Assembly (NCBI GenBank): GCA_016124195.1
Contig: WGOE01000008.1
Span: 40,682 to 104,681 of the forward strand
Reading direction: 5' to 3'
From: a bacterium
GTDB lineage: Bacteria; Pseudomonadota; Alphaproteobacteria; Rhodobacterales; Rhodobacteraceae
DNA: 64,000 nucleotides
Shown: piece by piece, positions 52,706 to 62,535 of the stretch
How the letters are laid out: each line of letters starts with the position of its first letter
How positions within the stretch are numbered: position 1 is the first letter of the stretch
Position numbers and translations under genes: made by a program
The notes under the pieces: generated by a model
Seen by the model: only the letters and a program-made list of their open reading frames with translations
Databases searched by the model: none
Told to the model about the DNA's origin: nothing

Positions 52706-54037
52706 TTACCCCGCCGGCGCGAGGGCCGCGCGCAACAGCGTTGCGACTTCGACCCGCGCCTTGAGCCGGCTTGCCAGCAGATACATCCCACCGAACTTGC
52801 GCTGCAGGAACAGCATGTCGACGGGCGGGACATGCCAGAAATCTCGGTCCGCGTTCATCTGCATCCCGGCATCGCGCAGCCTTATGGCAAGGTCAGTGGT
52901 GCCGAAATCGAAAACACCGGGCGCGCGCAGGGGATGGAAGATCATTTCGATCATGGCGAGGATCGCCTGCCGGTGCTTGGGGGCAACGGTGTCGGGATAG
53001 AACCCCAGTTGCAGCGCAAGAGCCTCCACCGCCCCGGCATCGCCGGCAAGCCCGGCCGCCAGCAGAGCGCGATAGGCTTTGGCCACGGCGGGTGCAAAGG
53101 GCCGTGTCGCGCCGAAATCCAGCAGCACCACCCGGCCAGAGCCGCGCTCGTAACGGTAGTTGGCAAAGTTCGGGTCGGTCTGCATCAGGCCGAAGTCAAA
53201 CAGCTCGCGCAGCATCAGCCGCAGCAACAGGGCGATCACCCGGTCGCGTTCGGCCTGAGGCGCCGTGATCAGGCTTTCGATGGGCACGCTGTCGACAAAG
53301 CCCATCGCCAGCACGCTGCCTGTGGTCAGATCCGGGTGCAGGTCGGGCACCAGATACTCCTCCGCACCACCCAGGAGAGCGTGAAAGTGGTGAAGATGGG
53401 CGCCCTCGCGCAGATAGTCGGCCTCTTCATGCAACTGGCGCCGGGCCTCGTCGAGCAGTGGCGCCAGATCCAGCGACTTCGGCACCAGGCCCGACATGCG
53501 GATCAGCGTGGCCACGTTGGACACATCGGCGTCGATGCTGTCGCGCACACCGGGATATTGCACCTTGATCGCCAGATCACGCCCGTCCCTCGTGAGGGCA
53601 CGGTGGACCTGGCCGATCGAGGCGGCAGCGATCGGCCTGACGTCGAAGGACTGGAACCGACGCAACCAGTCCGCACCCCAATTCGCGGTCAGGACGGTTT
53701 TCAGCTGCGCCGGCGGCATGGGATGCGCGTCCGAACGCAGCCGCGCCATGATCTCGACCAGTTCGGGCGGCAACATCTCGCCCGCGTCCATCGAGATGAG
53801 CTGCCCCACCTTCATCGCGGCCCCGCGCAGCTGCGCAAGCTGATTGGTCAGCGTCAGCGCGTTGGAGGGTGTCAGGATCAGATCTGCCAGCCGCGGCCGC
53901 TTGCCCGAGGCGAACTGCCGCGCGCCTTGCACCAGCACATCGCCCGCGATCCGGCCGGCCAGACCGCCAAAGCGCGCCAGCCTTGGCAGCCGCCCGCTGG
54001 GAACCGCAATCCCCTTGGGTCGATCCGGTCGTTCCAT
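52706..54037 (-). CDS. ABC1/AarF/UbiB family atypical kinase
   Basis: 443 aa. LRGAAMKVGQLISMDAGEMLPPE..., AAASIGQVHRA, LAIKVQYPGV, and the HADPHPGN-like block LMQTDPNFANY. Confidence 0.85.
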   Translation of the reverse strand: MERPDRPKGIAVPSGRLPRLARFGGLAGRIAGDVLVQGARQFASGKRPRLADLILTPSNALTLTNQLAQLRGAAMKVGQLISMDAGEMLPPELVEIMARLRSDAHPMPPAQLKTVLTANWGADWLRRFQSFDVRPIAAASIGQVHRALTRDGRDLAIKVQYPGVRDSIDADVSNVATLIRMSGLVPKSLDLAPLLDEARRQLHEEADYLREGAHLHHFHALLGGAEEYLVPDLHPDLTTGSVLAMGFVDSVPIESLITAPQAERDRVIALLLRLMLRELFDFGLMQTDPNFANYRYERGSGRVVLLDFGATRPFAPAVAKAYRALLAAGLAGDAGAVEALALQLGFYPDTVAPKHRQAILAMIEMIFHPLRAPGVFDFGTTDLAIRLRDAGMQMNADRDFWHVPPVDMLFLQRKFGGMYLLASRLKARVEVATLLRAALAPAG

Positions 54038-54158
54038 GCCTTCGCACCTTTCCAGCCCCCGGCCCCCCCTGGAAAGGGACGCCGTGCCGAAACAGATAGG
54101 CGCCGCCGGCGGTTTGACAACGGCGGCGCCAAGGTCCGGGAAAGGCCGGCTTCAGGCC

Positions 54159-55001
54159 TCAGTCGGCGATCACGTCCTGACGCTGCTGGCCCAGACCGGT
54201 GATCCCCAGTTCGACCACATCGCCGGGCTTGAGGAACTGCGGCGGCTTCATGCCCAGACCCACGCCCGGAGGCGTTCCGGTCGAGATCACGTCGCCCGGA
54301 TGCAGCGTCATGAACTGAGACAGATAGCTGACAAGGTGCTTGACCCCGTAAACCATCGTGCGGGTCGACCCGTTCTGGCGCGACACGCCGTTCACCGTCA
54401 GCCACATCGCCAGATCCTGCGGATCGGCCACCTCGTCGCGGGTGACAAGCCAGGGCCCGATCTGGCCGAAGTTGTCGCAGGATTTGCCCTTGGTCCACTG
54501 GCCCGCCCGCTCGGCCTGAAAGGCGCGTTCGGACACGTCGTTGGCCACGGCATAGCCGGCCACATGGTCCAGTGCCTCGTCCTCAGAGACATATTTGGCC
54601 TTCTTGCCGATGATGACGGCCAGCTCGACTTCCCAGTCGGTCTTGACCGAGGTGCGCGGGATGATGATCGGGTCATCGGGGCCGCAGATCGCCGAAGTGG
54701 CCTTCATGAAGATGATCGGCTCTGGCGGCACCTTGGCGCCGGTTTCGGCGGCGTGGTCGGAATAGTTCAGGCCGATGCAGATGAACTTGCCGGTGCCCGC
54801 AACGCAGGGGCCAAGCCGGGTCTTGGCATCAACGACGGGCAGCGCCGCGGCGTCAAGGCCGCGCAGCATGGCAAGGCCCGTGTCGGAAATCACCGCCCCG
54901 CCGATGTCGGGCACAAGGCCCGTCAGATCGCGGATCGTGCCGTCAGAATGCAGAAGGCCGGGCTTTTCGGCCCCGTGCGGCCCGTGGCGCAGAAGTTTCA
55001 T
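54159..55001 (-). CDS. fumarylacetoacetate hydrolase family protein
   Basis: 280 aa. KFICIGLNYSDHAAE, WEVELAVIIGK and GDVISTGTPPGVG are typical FAH-fold blocks. The pairing with the adjacent SDR resembles 2-keto-3-deoxy-sugar-acid pathways (inference). Confidence 0.9.
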   Translation of the reverse strand: MKLLRHGPHGAEKPGLLHSDGTIRDLTGLVPDIGGAVISDTGLAMLRGLDAAALPVVDAKTRLGPCVAGTGKFICIGLNYSDHAAETGAKVPPEPIIFMKATSAICGPDDPIIIPRTSVKTDWEVELAVIIGKKAKYVSEDEALDHVAGYAVANDVSERAFQAERAGQWTKGKSCDNFGQIGPWLVTRDEVADPQDLAMWLTVNGVSRQNGSTRTMVYGVKHLVSYLSQFMTLHPGDVISTGTPPGVGLGMKPPQFLKPGDVVELGITGLGQQRQDVIAD

Positions 55002-55012
55002 GGTCGTCCCCC

Positions 55013-55750
55013 TTAAATATTGGCCCAGCCGCCGTCGATGACATGGGCGACGCCGGTGGTGTAGCTCGATTCGTCACTGGCCAGATAAACGACCAGCGCG
55101 GCAATTTCCTCGGGTTTGCCGATGCGCCCGATGGGTTGGCGCGCGATAAAGGCCTTGCGCGCCGCCTCGTAATCGCCAGTGTCGCGCAGGCGCTGGTCCA
55201 GCGAGGGGCTTTCCACCGTACCCGGGCAGATCGCATTGGCGCGGATGCCCTTGCCGATGAAATCGGCGGCGATGCTCTTGGTCAGCCCGATCACCCCGGC
55301 CTTGGTCGCGCCATAGACAAAGCGGTTGGGCGCCGCCAGAACCGAACCCGCAACCGAGGCCATGTTGATGATCGACCCGCCACCGCCCGCGATCATCGCC
55401 GGCAGGAAGGCTTTGCACATGCGGTACATCGCCGTCATGTTCAGATCCAGCGAGAAGGCCCATTGATCCTCGTCACAGTCAAGGATCGTGCCCGCCGCCA
55501 CAAAGCCCGCGCAGTTGAACAGCACGTCGAGCGCGCCGATTTCGGTCGCCGCCGCCTCGACCGCCGCCTTGTCGCGCACGTTCAGAAGGCGGGTGGCGAT
55601 GCCCTCGGCCGCGAGGCTGGCCAAGGTATCGGGGTTGATGTCGGCCGCGATGACCCTGGCCCCCTCGCGGTGCATGGCCAGCACCGTGGCCCGCCCGATC
55701 CCCTGCCCTGCCGCCGTCACCAGCGCCGTCTTGCCCTGCAGTCTGCCCAT
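55013..55750 (-). CDS. SDR family oxidoreductase
   Basis: Start ATG 55750 (GGGGGAG upstream). TAAGQGIGRA, NCAG, YGATKAG. Confidence 0.9.
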   Translation of the reverse strand: MGRLQGKTALVTAAGQGIGRATVLAMHREGARVIAADINPDTLASLAAEGIATRLLNVRDKAAVEAAATEIGALDVLFNCAGFVAAGTILDCDEDQWAFSLDLNMTAMYRMCKAFLPAMIAGGGGSIINMASVAGSVLAAPNRFVYGATKAGVIGLTKSIAADFIGKGIRANAICPGTVESPSLDQRLRDTGDYEAARKAFIARQPIGRIGKPEEIAALVVYLASDESSYTTGVAHVIDGGWANI

Positions 55751-55767
55751 CACTCCCCCCTTGTCAT

Positions 55768-56241
55768 TCAATCGTGCCCCGGCACCTTGCCAGAGGGCGC
55801 AAGGTAGGGCCGGCTGACATCGGTCAGCACCGCCTCGACCGCCTCGACCTGCAAGGCGATGGCGCCGTCGCCGGCCAGAACCAGTTCCACCACGCCCGCG
55901 CCCTCTGCGCCGGGCTGAAACCTCATCGACAGCAGCGACAGGATCACCGCCTTGTCGGCGCGGTCGATGCCATTGGTGCGCACGCCGAGCACGTCTTCAA
56001 AGACCAGCAGGCTGCGCACCCGTTCATAGGGCCGGCCCGCGCGTTCGGCCGCGTCGCGGTCCTCCCAGCGGAAGCGGTTCAACAAAAGGGCAAAGCGGCG
56101 CTGGCGGCGCGACCAGGTCATTTCGGTGATCGGAAAGACGGCGTCCTGGACGAGGGTGGCGATGACCTCCAGATCCGCCGCATCCTGGGCGATCAGGCGC
56201 AGGGGCGCGTCATCGGCATCCTCGAACCTTGCGTCTGTCAT
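55768..56241 (-). CDS. DUF2948-like protein
   Basis: 157 aa. [22 protein letters not shown]...[16 protein letters not shown] overlap with murA, a pairing I recall as conserved in alphaproteobacteria. Confidence 0.7.
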   Translation of the reverse strand: MTDARFEDADDAPLRLIAQDAADLEVIATLVQDAVFPITEMTWSRRQRRFALLLNRFRWEDRDAAERAGRPYERVRSLLVFEDVLGVRTNGIDRADKAVILSLLSMRFQPGAEGAGVVELVLAGDGAIALQVEAVEAVLTDVSRPYLAPSGKVPGHD

Positions 56242-57506
56242 GCCTTGATCCGCTCGATCAGGGCACCGCAGGCCCGCAGCTTTTCCTCGACCCGTTCATA
56301 GCCGCGGTCGAGGTGGTAGACCCGGCTGACCACGGTCTCTCCCTCGGCCGCAAGGGCCGCGAGGATCAGGCTGACCGAGGCGCGCAGATCGGTCGCCATG
56401 ACGCGGGCACCCTTGAGCTTGGGCACGCCCGTCACGGTGGCATGACCACCATGCACCTCGATCCGGGCGCCCATGCGGGTCAGTTCGGGTGCATGCATGA
56501 AGCGGTTTTCAAAGATCTTCTCCTCCAGCACCGAAACGCCATCGGCGGTGCAAAGAAGCGCCATCATCTGCGCCTGCAGGTCGGTCGGAAAGCCGGGGAA
56601 GGGTTCGGTCACCACATCGACGGCCGAAACACGGCCGTTGCGCCGCGCCACCTTCAGCCCCCGCGCGGTTTCCGTGACCGAAATTCCGGCGGCATCCAGC
56701 TTTTCAGCAAAGGCACCGACAAGGTCGAGCCGCCCGCCGATGCATTCGACCTCGCCGCCGCAGATGGCAGGGACCAGCATATAAGTGCCCAGTTCGATCC
56801 GGTCGGTGACCACGGGATGCGTGGCGCCATGCAGCCGGTCCACGCCCTGAATGGTGATCGTGCTGGTGCCCTCGCCCTCGATCTCGGCGCCCATCTTGCG
56901 CAGACAGCGGGCGAGGTCGACAATCTCGGGCTCGCGGGCGGCGTTCTTGATGACCGTGGTGCCCTTGGCCAGAGTGGCGGCCATCAGCGCATTCTCGGTC
57001 GCGCCGACCGAGACGATCGGAAAGTCGATCACCGCCCCTTTCAGCTTGCCGCCGATCGCCTTGGCATGGACATAGCCATCGCGCAGGTCCAGTTCGGCGC
57101 CCAAGGCCTCCAAAGCCTTCAGATGCAGGTCGACCGGGCGTGCGCCGATGGCACAGCCGCCGGGCAGCGAGACGACAGCATGGCCATCGCGCGCCAGCAT
57201 CGGCCCCAGCACCAGGATCGAGGCGCGCATCTTGCGCACGATGTCATAATCGGCCTTGTGGTTCGAAATGTCGTGCGAGGACATCGCCAGCACCAGCCCG
57301 TCCTGCAGGCTGGCGACCTCTGCCCCAAGAGAGCGCAGAAGCTGAGTCATCGTCGCAATATCCGACAGGCGCGGCGCATTGGTCAGCGTCAATGGCTCGT
57401 CCGACAAGAGGGTGGCCGGCATCAGCGTCAGACAGGCGTTCTTCGCCCCCGCAATCGGGATGGCGCCCGACAAAGCCCCATTGCCCCTGACCAAGATCGA
57501 ATCCAT
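56238..57506 (-). CDS. murA: UDP-N-acetylglucosamine 1-carboxyvinyltransferase
   Basis: 422 aa. [24 protein letters not shown], active-site loop [15 protein letters not shown], and C-terminus [19 protein letters not shown]. Confidence 0.95.
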   Translation of the reverse strand: MDSILVRGNGALSGAIPIAGAKNACLTLMPATLLSDEPLTLTNAPRLSDIATMTQLLRSLGAEVASLQDGLVLAMSSHDISNHKADYDIVRKMRASILVLGPMLARDGHAVVSLPGGCAIGARPVDLHLKALEALGAELDLRDGYVHAKAIGGKLKGAVIDFPIVSVGATENALMAATLAKGTTVIKNAAREPEIVDLARCLRKMGAEIEGEGTSTITIQGVDRLHGATHPVVTDRIELGTYMLVPAICGGEVECIGGRLDLVGAFAEKLDAAGISVTETARGLKVARRNGRVSAVDVVTEPFPGFPTDLQAQMMALLCTADGVSVLEEKIFENRFMHAPELTRMGARIEVHGGHATVTGVPKLKGARVMATDLRASVSLILAALAAEGETVVSRVYHLDRGYERVEEKLRACGALIERIKA

Positions 57507-57515
57507 CTGCCCGCC

Positions 57516-57707
57516 TCATTCCTTGTCATTGTCTGCCGCGGTCGCGTCGCCGGGCTTGTCGTCGCTGTCATCTTCGGCGCGCGCCAGGGTCCTCGCCTGG
57601 GCCTGCGCCTTCCTGCGCCCCATATTGGCCTTCAACGCCGCCTTCAACCGCGCATCGCGGCTTTGTGGGCCAGAGGATTTCCTGTCGGACCGGGGTTCAC
57701 GCACCAT
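57516..57707 (-). CDS. small basic hypothetical protein (63 aa)
   Basis: Ends 9 nt upstream of murA on the same strand. GC-rich third positions. Lys/Arg-rich centre and acidic tail. No motif recognised. Confidence 0.45.
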   Translation of the reverse strand: MVREPRSDRKSSGPQSRDARLKAALKANMGRRKAQAQARTLARAEDDSDDKPGDATAADNDKE

Positions 57708-57763
57708 GAGCGCCTGTGTAACTCAAGGCCGGGAAAGCGTCCAGTTCCGATGCCAATTTGCTC

Positions 57764-57792
57764 TTGCGCCTTTCCGGGTTTGCGTCTAATCA
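57764..57792 (+). promoter_or_regulatory. candidate sigma-70 promoter upstream of the tRNA-Thr fragment
   Basis: TTGCGC (57764-69), exactly 17 nt, TAATCA (57787-92). Lies about 44 nt upstream of the tRNA-like 5' end at 57836. Confidence 0.35.
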
Positions 57793-57835
57793 CCCGCCAC
57801 GCCAGCAAGGATCGCAACCCGATGCCGGCCCCGGC

Positions 57836-57882
<47 letters not shown>

Positions 57883-58014
57883 TTTGCAGTGATTATTGTT
57901 TGAAGTGAAGTGGTTACGGGTTAGGAAGTTTTGCTGGGGGTGCGAGTGGGGGAGCGGTGCTTTCCGGCCCCTTGCAAGGAAAAAGCCGGGGCTGTAAACC
58001 CCGGCCAGTTGTAG

Positions 58015-58067
<53 letters not shown>

Positions 58068-58089
<22 letters not shown>

Positions 58090-58358
58090 TCACTCACATC
58101 ACGCAGTTTCCGCATATTGTTTCGATACGCTGTATCGTCGCGTCGCATGTGGTCGATCAGTGGCCACATTATATTTGAGATGAATCTGAGGTTTGCAGTC
58201 AGGTCCGGGTGCAAGTCCGCCAAATAGTCCTTACTTTTGGCCAGATTGACACCCTTCTGGACTTTGTGTTGAACCCCGTACATCGCCAGAGTAGCCTCCC
58301 AAACGAGGTCGAGAATTTTCTCAGATTTCGCAATTTGGCGTTTCGTTGGTTTCTTCAT
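58068..58358 (-). CDS. hypothetical protein (96 aa, Lys-rich)
   Basis: AT-richer ORF MKKPTKRQIAKSEKILDL.... Its last 7 codons and stop lie antisense inside the tRNA 3' end (58068-58089). Confidence 0.5.
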
Positions 58359-58476
58359 CGGTCTGGCCCTCCTTGGCCCAAGGGGTGCAGCGTGATTGCC
58401 GCGACCTCATGGGCCAGTGGTGCCATCGGATGCCCCATCATGATACGAGGGCTAGACCGCTAAAAAGCCAGCCCGA

Positions 58477-58842
58477 CTAAAGGAAAGCGTTCCTGTACCG
58501 CTTGCGGATCGCCTTAGCATCCTCCATCAACTGCAACCGATAGCGATCCTCGTCGGTCAGCTCACCGGCTGGCTGGGCAGGTTCATCGCCCAAATGGGGC
58601 GCGGTGGGCGCGGGTGAGCTGCCGCGATGCTGGTTCAGACGAATCAGCCCCGTGTTGCGGTCGAGGCGCAGGCGCTTGTCGCCCTTCTTGTGGCGGGCAT
58701 ACCAGATATTGGCGACCACCTTCTTGCGGTCGAGGCCAATCAGCTCTGCGACCTCTTGAGTGGTGCGTGGGCCGGTAGAGACAGCGGCGATGATCGCCGC
58801 TGTCTCTGTCGCGAATTGGTTTCGGTCAGTATAGCCGTTCAA
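58477..58842 (-). CDS. hypothetical protein with wHTH-like segment
   Basis: TTQEVAELIGLDRKKVVANIWYARHKK looks like a helix-turn-helix. A TTG start at 58842 overlaps the upstream stop (TTGA). The longest ORF would start at 58893. Confidence 0.45.
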   Translation of the reverse strand: MNGYTDRNQFATETAAIIAAVSTGPRTTQEVAELIGLDRKKVVANIWYARHKKGDKRLRLDRNTGLIRLNQHRGSSPAPTAPHLGDEPAQPAGELTDEDRYRLQLMEDAKAIRKRYRNAFL

Positions 58843-58985
58843 GGAAGAACCCCCAGGATCAGGATCAGCAGGGCCGGGGCGAGGTGAACCCACAGCAGAA
58901 CGCGCAGGACGCGGCGCAGTAGCCGCCTCTTTGGCTTGGGCGGGGTGTTAGCCTCCGGCAGGTGGATGACGTTGCTCTGGGTCAT
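58839..58985 (-). CDS. small membrane protein (48 aa)
   Basis: MTQSNVIHLPEANTPPKPKRRLLRRVLRVLLWVHLAPALLILILGVLP has a basic stretch followed by one TM helix. ATGA overlap with the upstream ORF. Confidence 0.4.
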   Translation of the reverse strand: MTQSNVIHLPEANTPPKPKRRLLRRVLRVLLWVHLAPALLILILGVLP

Positions 58986-59188
58986 TCGGCAGGCACCTTC
59001 TGGGCTTTGCGGGTCAACCGCTGCACCAGCGCCTCGAAGTCGGCAGAGGCGAAGTGGTAGCGGTGGACGCGCATGTCTGGGGTTAGGACGAGGACCGGCA
59101 GAGGCGGGGGCTTTGCTGCCCAAGGGGAGGCGGGGCGCGGGATGGTGGAGCGGTGGCTGTTGGTGACGCGGCGGGGGATGACCTTCAT
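58982..59188 (-). CDS. hypothetical protein (68 aa, Pro-rich)
   Basis: ATG 59188 with AGAGG 7 nt upstream. The longer 113-aa version in the track has no better support. Confidence 0.35.
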   Translation of the reverse strand: MKVIPRRVTNSHRSTIPRPASPWAAKPPPLPVLVLTPDMRVHRYHFASADFEALVQRLTRKAQKVPAE

Positions 59189-59269
59189 GGATGACCTCTG
59201 AGTTGTGTTCTGCATCTGTTCTGAGGTCTTCGGCAGGCTGGGGAGCAGGGCAACAAGAAATGGCAGGCC

Positions 59270-59291
59270 GGGGATGATGGAGAGCATCCCC
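59270..59291 (-). terminator. hairpin downstream of the 277-aa gene
   Basis: GGGGATG (59270-76) pairs with CATCCCC (59285-91) around an 8-nt loop. Only a weak T-rich tail on the minus strand. Confidence 0.3.
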
Positions 59292-59342
59292 GACCCTAAG
59301 ACGCGATGGTGGTCAGCCTCCACCCCGCACCTATTCTGTGCA

Positions 59343-60176
59343 TCAGGGCTTTTTCAGCTTCTGCAGATTGCTCAGCGTCTTTTTGGCCTGCGATTTGGCG
59401 TTCATGCGCATGCTGGCGGCGATCTCGTTGCGCTTGCCGATCTGGTGCTGCCAAGCGGCCAGAATGCCCTCAATCTCATTGACCATCACCGAATGCTGCG
59501 CATCAAAGCCAGCGGAGTAGCGCTTTGCGGCTTCACGACGCAGAAGATCGAAGGATGCAGCATCAAGGCCGGTCAGGTATGCCGGTTTCGACAACACCGC
59601 CTGCACAAGCTGCTGGTCGTTGCCGTCGTTCATCTGCTGCCGGATGAAGCCCAGCCGTTCCATGGGCTTTGAGAAGTTGCCCAAAAGGAAAGCGCGCAGC
59701 TCGGCCTGATCCGCATGGGGCTTGGCACCCCGGAACACATCGTCGGAAATCTTCTTGCACAGCAGCGACGTGGTGCCTTCAAAGTTCTTGCGGACATGGA
59801 CGAAACTCGACTGCACATCTTTGACAAGTTCATCGGATGTGTCGGCGTATTCGTCATAGATGGTGCTGTAGACTTTTAGCCGACCATTCAGCATCCGCAG
59901 GTCACCGAAAAACTCGTCGGGGCCGTTGGTGTTCTGGCGGCGGCGGGCTTGGTTGATGTTCTCTTTGTCAAACTCGCCCAAGTCGGTTAGCGCCGACCCC
60001 AGCGCGTGAAAAACCGTAGCGGTGTTGCTCAGCTCGCGCTGCAGCATCGCATAGAACGGCTGGCCGGGGGTATCCGGCACGTCAAGGTGATCTGCGAACC
60101 GGCCCAGCGCTTTGGGGTGCAGGGTCGGGCTGACGTGCTGGCTAACGTCGGTGTTCGGATCGAAGGGCATGGTCAA
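59343..60176 (-). CDS. hypothetical protein (277 aa), orphan
   Basis: Clean ORF with lower GC than the host genes and an ATGA overlap with the terL stop. No catalytic or structural motif recognised. Confidence 0.65.
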   Translation of the reverse strand: MTMPFDPNTDVSQHVSPTLHPKALGRFADHLDVPDTPGQPFYAMLQRELSNTATVFHALGSALTDLGEFDKENINQARRRQNTNGPDEFFGDLRMLNGRLKVYSTIYDEYADTSDELVKDVQSSFVHVRKNFEGTTSLLCKKISDDVFRGAKPHADQAELRAFLLGNFSKPMERLGFIRQQMNDGNDQQLVQAVLSKPAYLTGLDAASFDLLRREAAKRYSAGFDAQHSVMVNEIEGILAAWQHQIGKRNEIAASMRMNAKSQAKKTLSNLQKLKKP

Positions 60177-61573
60177 TAATCTCCTATGGTGCGGCCAGTT
60201 TTGCCGATTGCGGTTTTGAAGTGCCGGATGCCGTACCCGGCAGCGTCCAGCGCGTGGTCCTCAGACCAGCGGTGGTCGAGGTCTTCGGGGTTCAGCGGCC
60301 CGCGTGGGGCTTCGGGCAAGGTGGTGGCGAGGTAGCGACAGGCCGGGGTCAGGTAGAGGCCGGGGCCATCGCCGGTCACAGCGCAGGACAAGAGCTGGCG
60401 CATCAGTGCCCAAGTGCCGCGCCGGTCCTTGCGGAAAGGCTTGGTGGCTGGCACCCCTGCCTCGCGCAAAAGCTGGATCACGGTTTCGGATTGCAGCCCT
60501 TTGGCATCATCCTGGACCACTTGCGGGCAATTGCGCAGACCGTTGCGCTTGGCCATTTCCTTGATCATATCCGCCCAAGCGACAGGCGGCGCTCCGGTGC
60601 CGACCGACAGGTCGTCCCAGCTTGCCAGCGTCGAGGTTTCGTCAAGCGCGATGATGGTGCCCACCGGAAGGCGGAAGCCTTGCGGATGGGACGGGGTGAA
60701 ATAGCTGATCGGGTTGCGCAACTGCCCAAAGAGGATCGCCACCGATGGGCTTGCCGTTCCCCAGTCCGCGCCGATGACATAGCGGTAGTTCGCGCGCATC
60801 GCAGGCGGGGCCACGGGCAGCATGTGGGTGGCCGGGTCGTAGGCGTCGAACATGTTGCCGCCGAAGCTGGTCCACGTCCCGGCCAGCCATGCGTCCAGCA
60901 GCGCCGTGTTGCCATCGGTCGAGGCCCGAAGCTGGGCCGCGTATTGGTCGCGGTCGAGGTGTGGGTTCTGTTGCAGGTTAGAGCTGACCCAGACCCAGAG
61001 CTGGCCGTGTTCGTCGGTCCACGGCACCCACGGCGCGGATCGGTTCACGAAGGTCTTGAGAACCTTGCTGTGGCTTTTGCCACCGGGGTTTCCAGTGATA
61101 TGCACATGGGCGCGGCGACCGGGTGGCACCCGAAGGTTGGATCGAGACCGCATCATGAAAGCCCAAGCGGTCGGGCTGTAGTTGCCTGCCTCGTCGGCGT
61201 AGAGTGCGGTGAAAGTCCGCCCCTGCAGCTTGGCGTAGGACGCCTCATCCCCGATGTTGGTAAACTGGATCACCGCCCCGTTCGGGCAGGTCAGCGTCAT
61301 GTCCGATTTGTTGCGCTGCACCGAACCGAATGCGGCGATGCACAGCTCGTAGGCTTCGTTGAACAGCTCCAACAGGCCCGCGTGGCTTTCGCGCATGACG
61401 AGCGGGCGAGCGGTCGCGGCGAAGTCGGATGTGTGCGACAGCACGTCAAAGAGCAAGCTGACAGACTTGCCCGACCCGCGACCGCCAAGGTTGGCGATGT
61501 TGCACGTTCCCCGGAACGCCAGCACGGCTTTCTGGAAGTCGGTCGGTTCGATGGTGGTATCGGATACAAGCAT
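60173..61573 (-). CDS. phage terminase large subunit (PBSX/Terminase_3-6-like)
   Basis: 466 aa. Walker A GGRGSGKS, Walker B ALYADEAG, and a C-terminal nuclease-like half. Confidence 0.85.
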   Translation of the reverse strand: MLVSDTTIEPTDFQKAVLAFRGTCNIANLGGRGSGKSVSLLFDVLSHTSDFAATARPLVMRESHAGLLELFNEAYELCIAAFGSVQRNKSDMTLTCPNGAVIQFTNIGDEASYAKLQGRTFTALYADEAGNYSPTAWAFMMRSRSNLRVPPGRRAHVHITGNPGGKSHSKVLKTFVNRSAPWVPWTDEHGQLWVWVSSNLQQNPHLDRDQYAAQLRASTDGNTALLDAWLAGTWTSFGGNMFDAYDPATHMLPVAPPAMRANYRYVIGADWGTASPSVAILFGQLRNPISYFTPSHPQGFRLPVGTIIALDETSTLASWDDLSVGTGAPPVAWADMIKEMAKRNGLRNCPQVVQDDAKGLQSETVIQLLREAGVPATKPFRKDRRGTWALMRQLLSCAVTGDGPGLYLTPACRYLATTLPEAPRGPLNPEDLDHRWSEDHALDAAGYGIRHFKTAIGKTGRTIGDY

Positions 61574-61576
61574 TGG

Positions 61577-61852
61577 TCAGCCTCGCGGGTCCGGCCCAAG
61601 GTAGAGAGGCCAAGGGTAGTCGGCGGGGATATCCTCTGGCTCGATCAGCGGGTGGTTGTTGGCGAGGGTCGGGGAACCGTCTGCGTCGGTGCCACCGGTG
61701 AATTTCGCGGTGCCACGGATCAGGAACCGACCGGTCAGTTCTTCACCTGTGGCAGCGTTCCGCCCGATTGAGAGCAAGTGGAAGGTGCCCATGTCGCCGG
61801 GGGCGAACAGGTAGGGGTCGTCGTTCTCGTCAAGCTGGACTTGGAAGGTCAT
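61577..61852 (-). CDS. hypothetical protein (91 aa)
   Basis: Sits between the TerS-like and TerL genes. ATGA overlap with the upstream gene; ends 3 nt before terL. Confidence 0.5.
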   Translation of the reverse strand: MTFQVQLDENDDPYLFAPGDMGTFHLLSIGRNAATGEELTGRFLIRGTAKFTGGTDADGSPTLANNHPLIEPEDIPADYPWPLYLGPDPRG

Positions 61853-62346
61853 ACGAACAGAGCCTTTCGGTTGGCCGGTCGCCCAAAGGGTGCGGGTTCA
61901 GGCGTTGCTGGCTGGGGGGTGATGTCGCGCATCGCAGCGGTGAGCTTTGCCAGCTCGTCGGCGGTGGCAGCGGGCGGGATGAGGATGTTGACTGTTCGCT
62001 GGTCGGGCGCGGCGACAGGGGTGTTCTCGCGGTAGCCGTGGGCTGACTTCAGAAGGAACATGGCGGCGGGCGCGTAGCCGTCGCGGGCTTGCTGCATCAG
62101 CAGGCCGACCAACTCGTCGTGCATGGCGGCGTTGCCCTCACCATAGGCGTCAGCCAGTGCCTCGTCGCGCTCCAGCACATCCTTGAAGGTCGAAGCAGGC
62201 ATGCCGAGTGCGGCGGCGATGGACGCCTTGGCGCAGCCATTGGCCCGCATAGAGCGCACCATCGGATAGGCGTCGGCGTGTACGGTCCATGCCCCGCTCT
62301 TGCCACGGGCCTTGGTCGCGAAGGGGATGATGGTTTTCTTGCTCAT
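61849..62346 (-). CDS. terminase small subunit-like HTH protein
   Basis: Start ATG 62346 (MSKKTIIPF). HTH CAKASIAAALGMPASTFKDVLERDEAL, then AAMFLLKSAHGYRE, which resembles the conserved C-terminal motif of small terminases. Positioned directly upstream of terL. Confidence 0.55.
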   Translation of the reverse strand: MSKKTIIPFATKARGKSGAWTVHADAYPMVRSMRANGCAKASIAAALGMPASTFKDVLERDEALADAYGEGNAAMHDELVGLLMQQARDGYAPAAMFLLKSAHGYRENTPVAAPDQRTVNILIPPAATADELAKLTAAMRDITPQPATPEPAPFGRPANRKALFV

Positions 62347-62493
62347 GGGACTGTCATGTCCCGGTTCACCACAGCTGAAAACGAGGGCTAAACCGTCAGT
62401 TTCGGGCTTGGCGCACCCCAGTAGAATGCCCAGTGGTAGTGGTGCAGGGAATATGCCTGCAAACATGGGGCGAGTTGTGGTGGGGCTTACCCT

Positions 62494-62526
62494 TAGAAAG
62501 AAAAGGCCCCACCAAAGCGGGGCCTT
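62494..62526 (-). terminator. intrinsic terminator (minus strand) closing the noncoding block
   Basis: Minus strand reads AAGGCCCC-GCTTTGGT-GGGGCCTT followed by TTCTTTCT. Confidence 0.6.
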
Positions 62527-62535
62527 CTCAATGCG

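Noticed and set aside
57883-58014. The idea that the tRNA-Thr fragment plus spacer is a tRNA interrupted by a group I intron.
   Set aside because: The spacer is only 132 nt, too short for a group I core. No 3' exon (anticodon 3' stem, T-arm, acceptor strand) follows it. What follows is a complete, independent tRNA.
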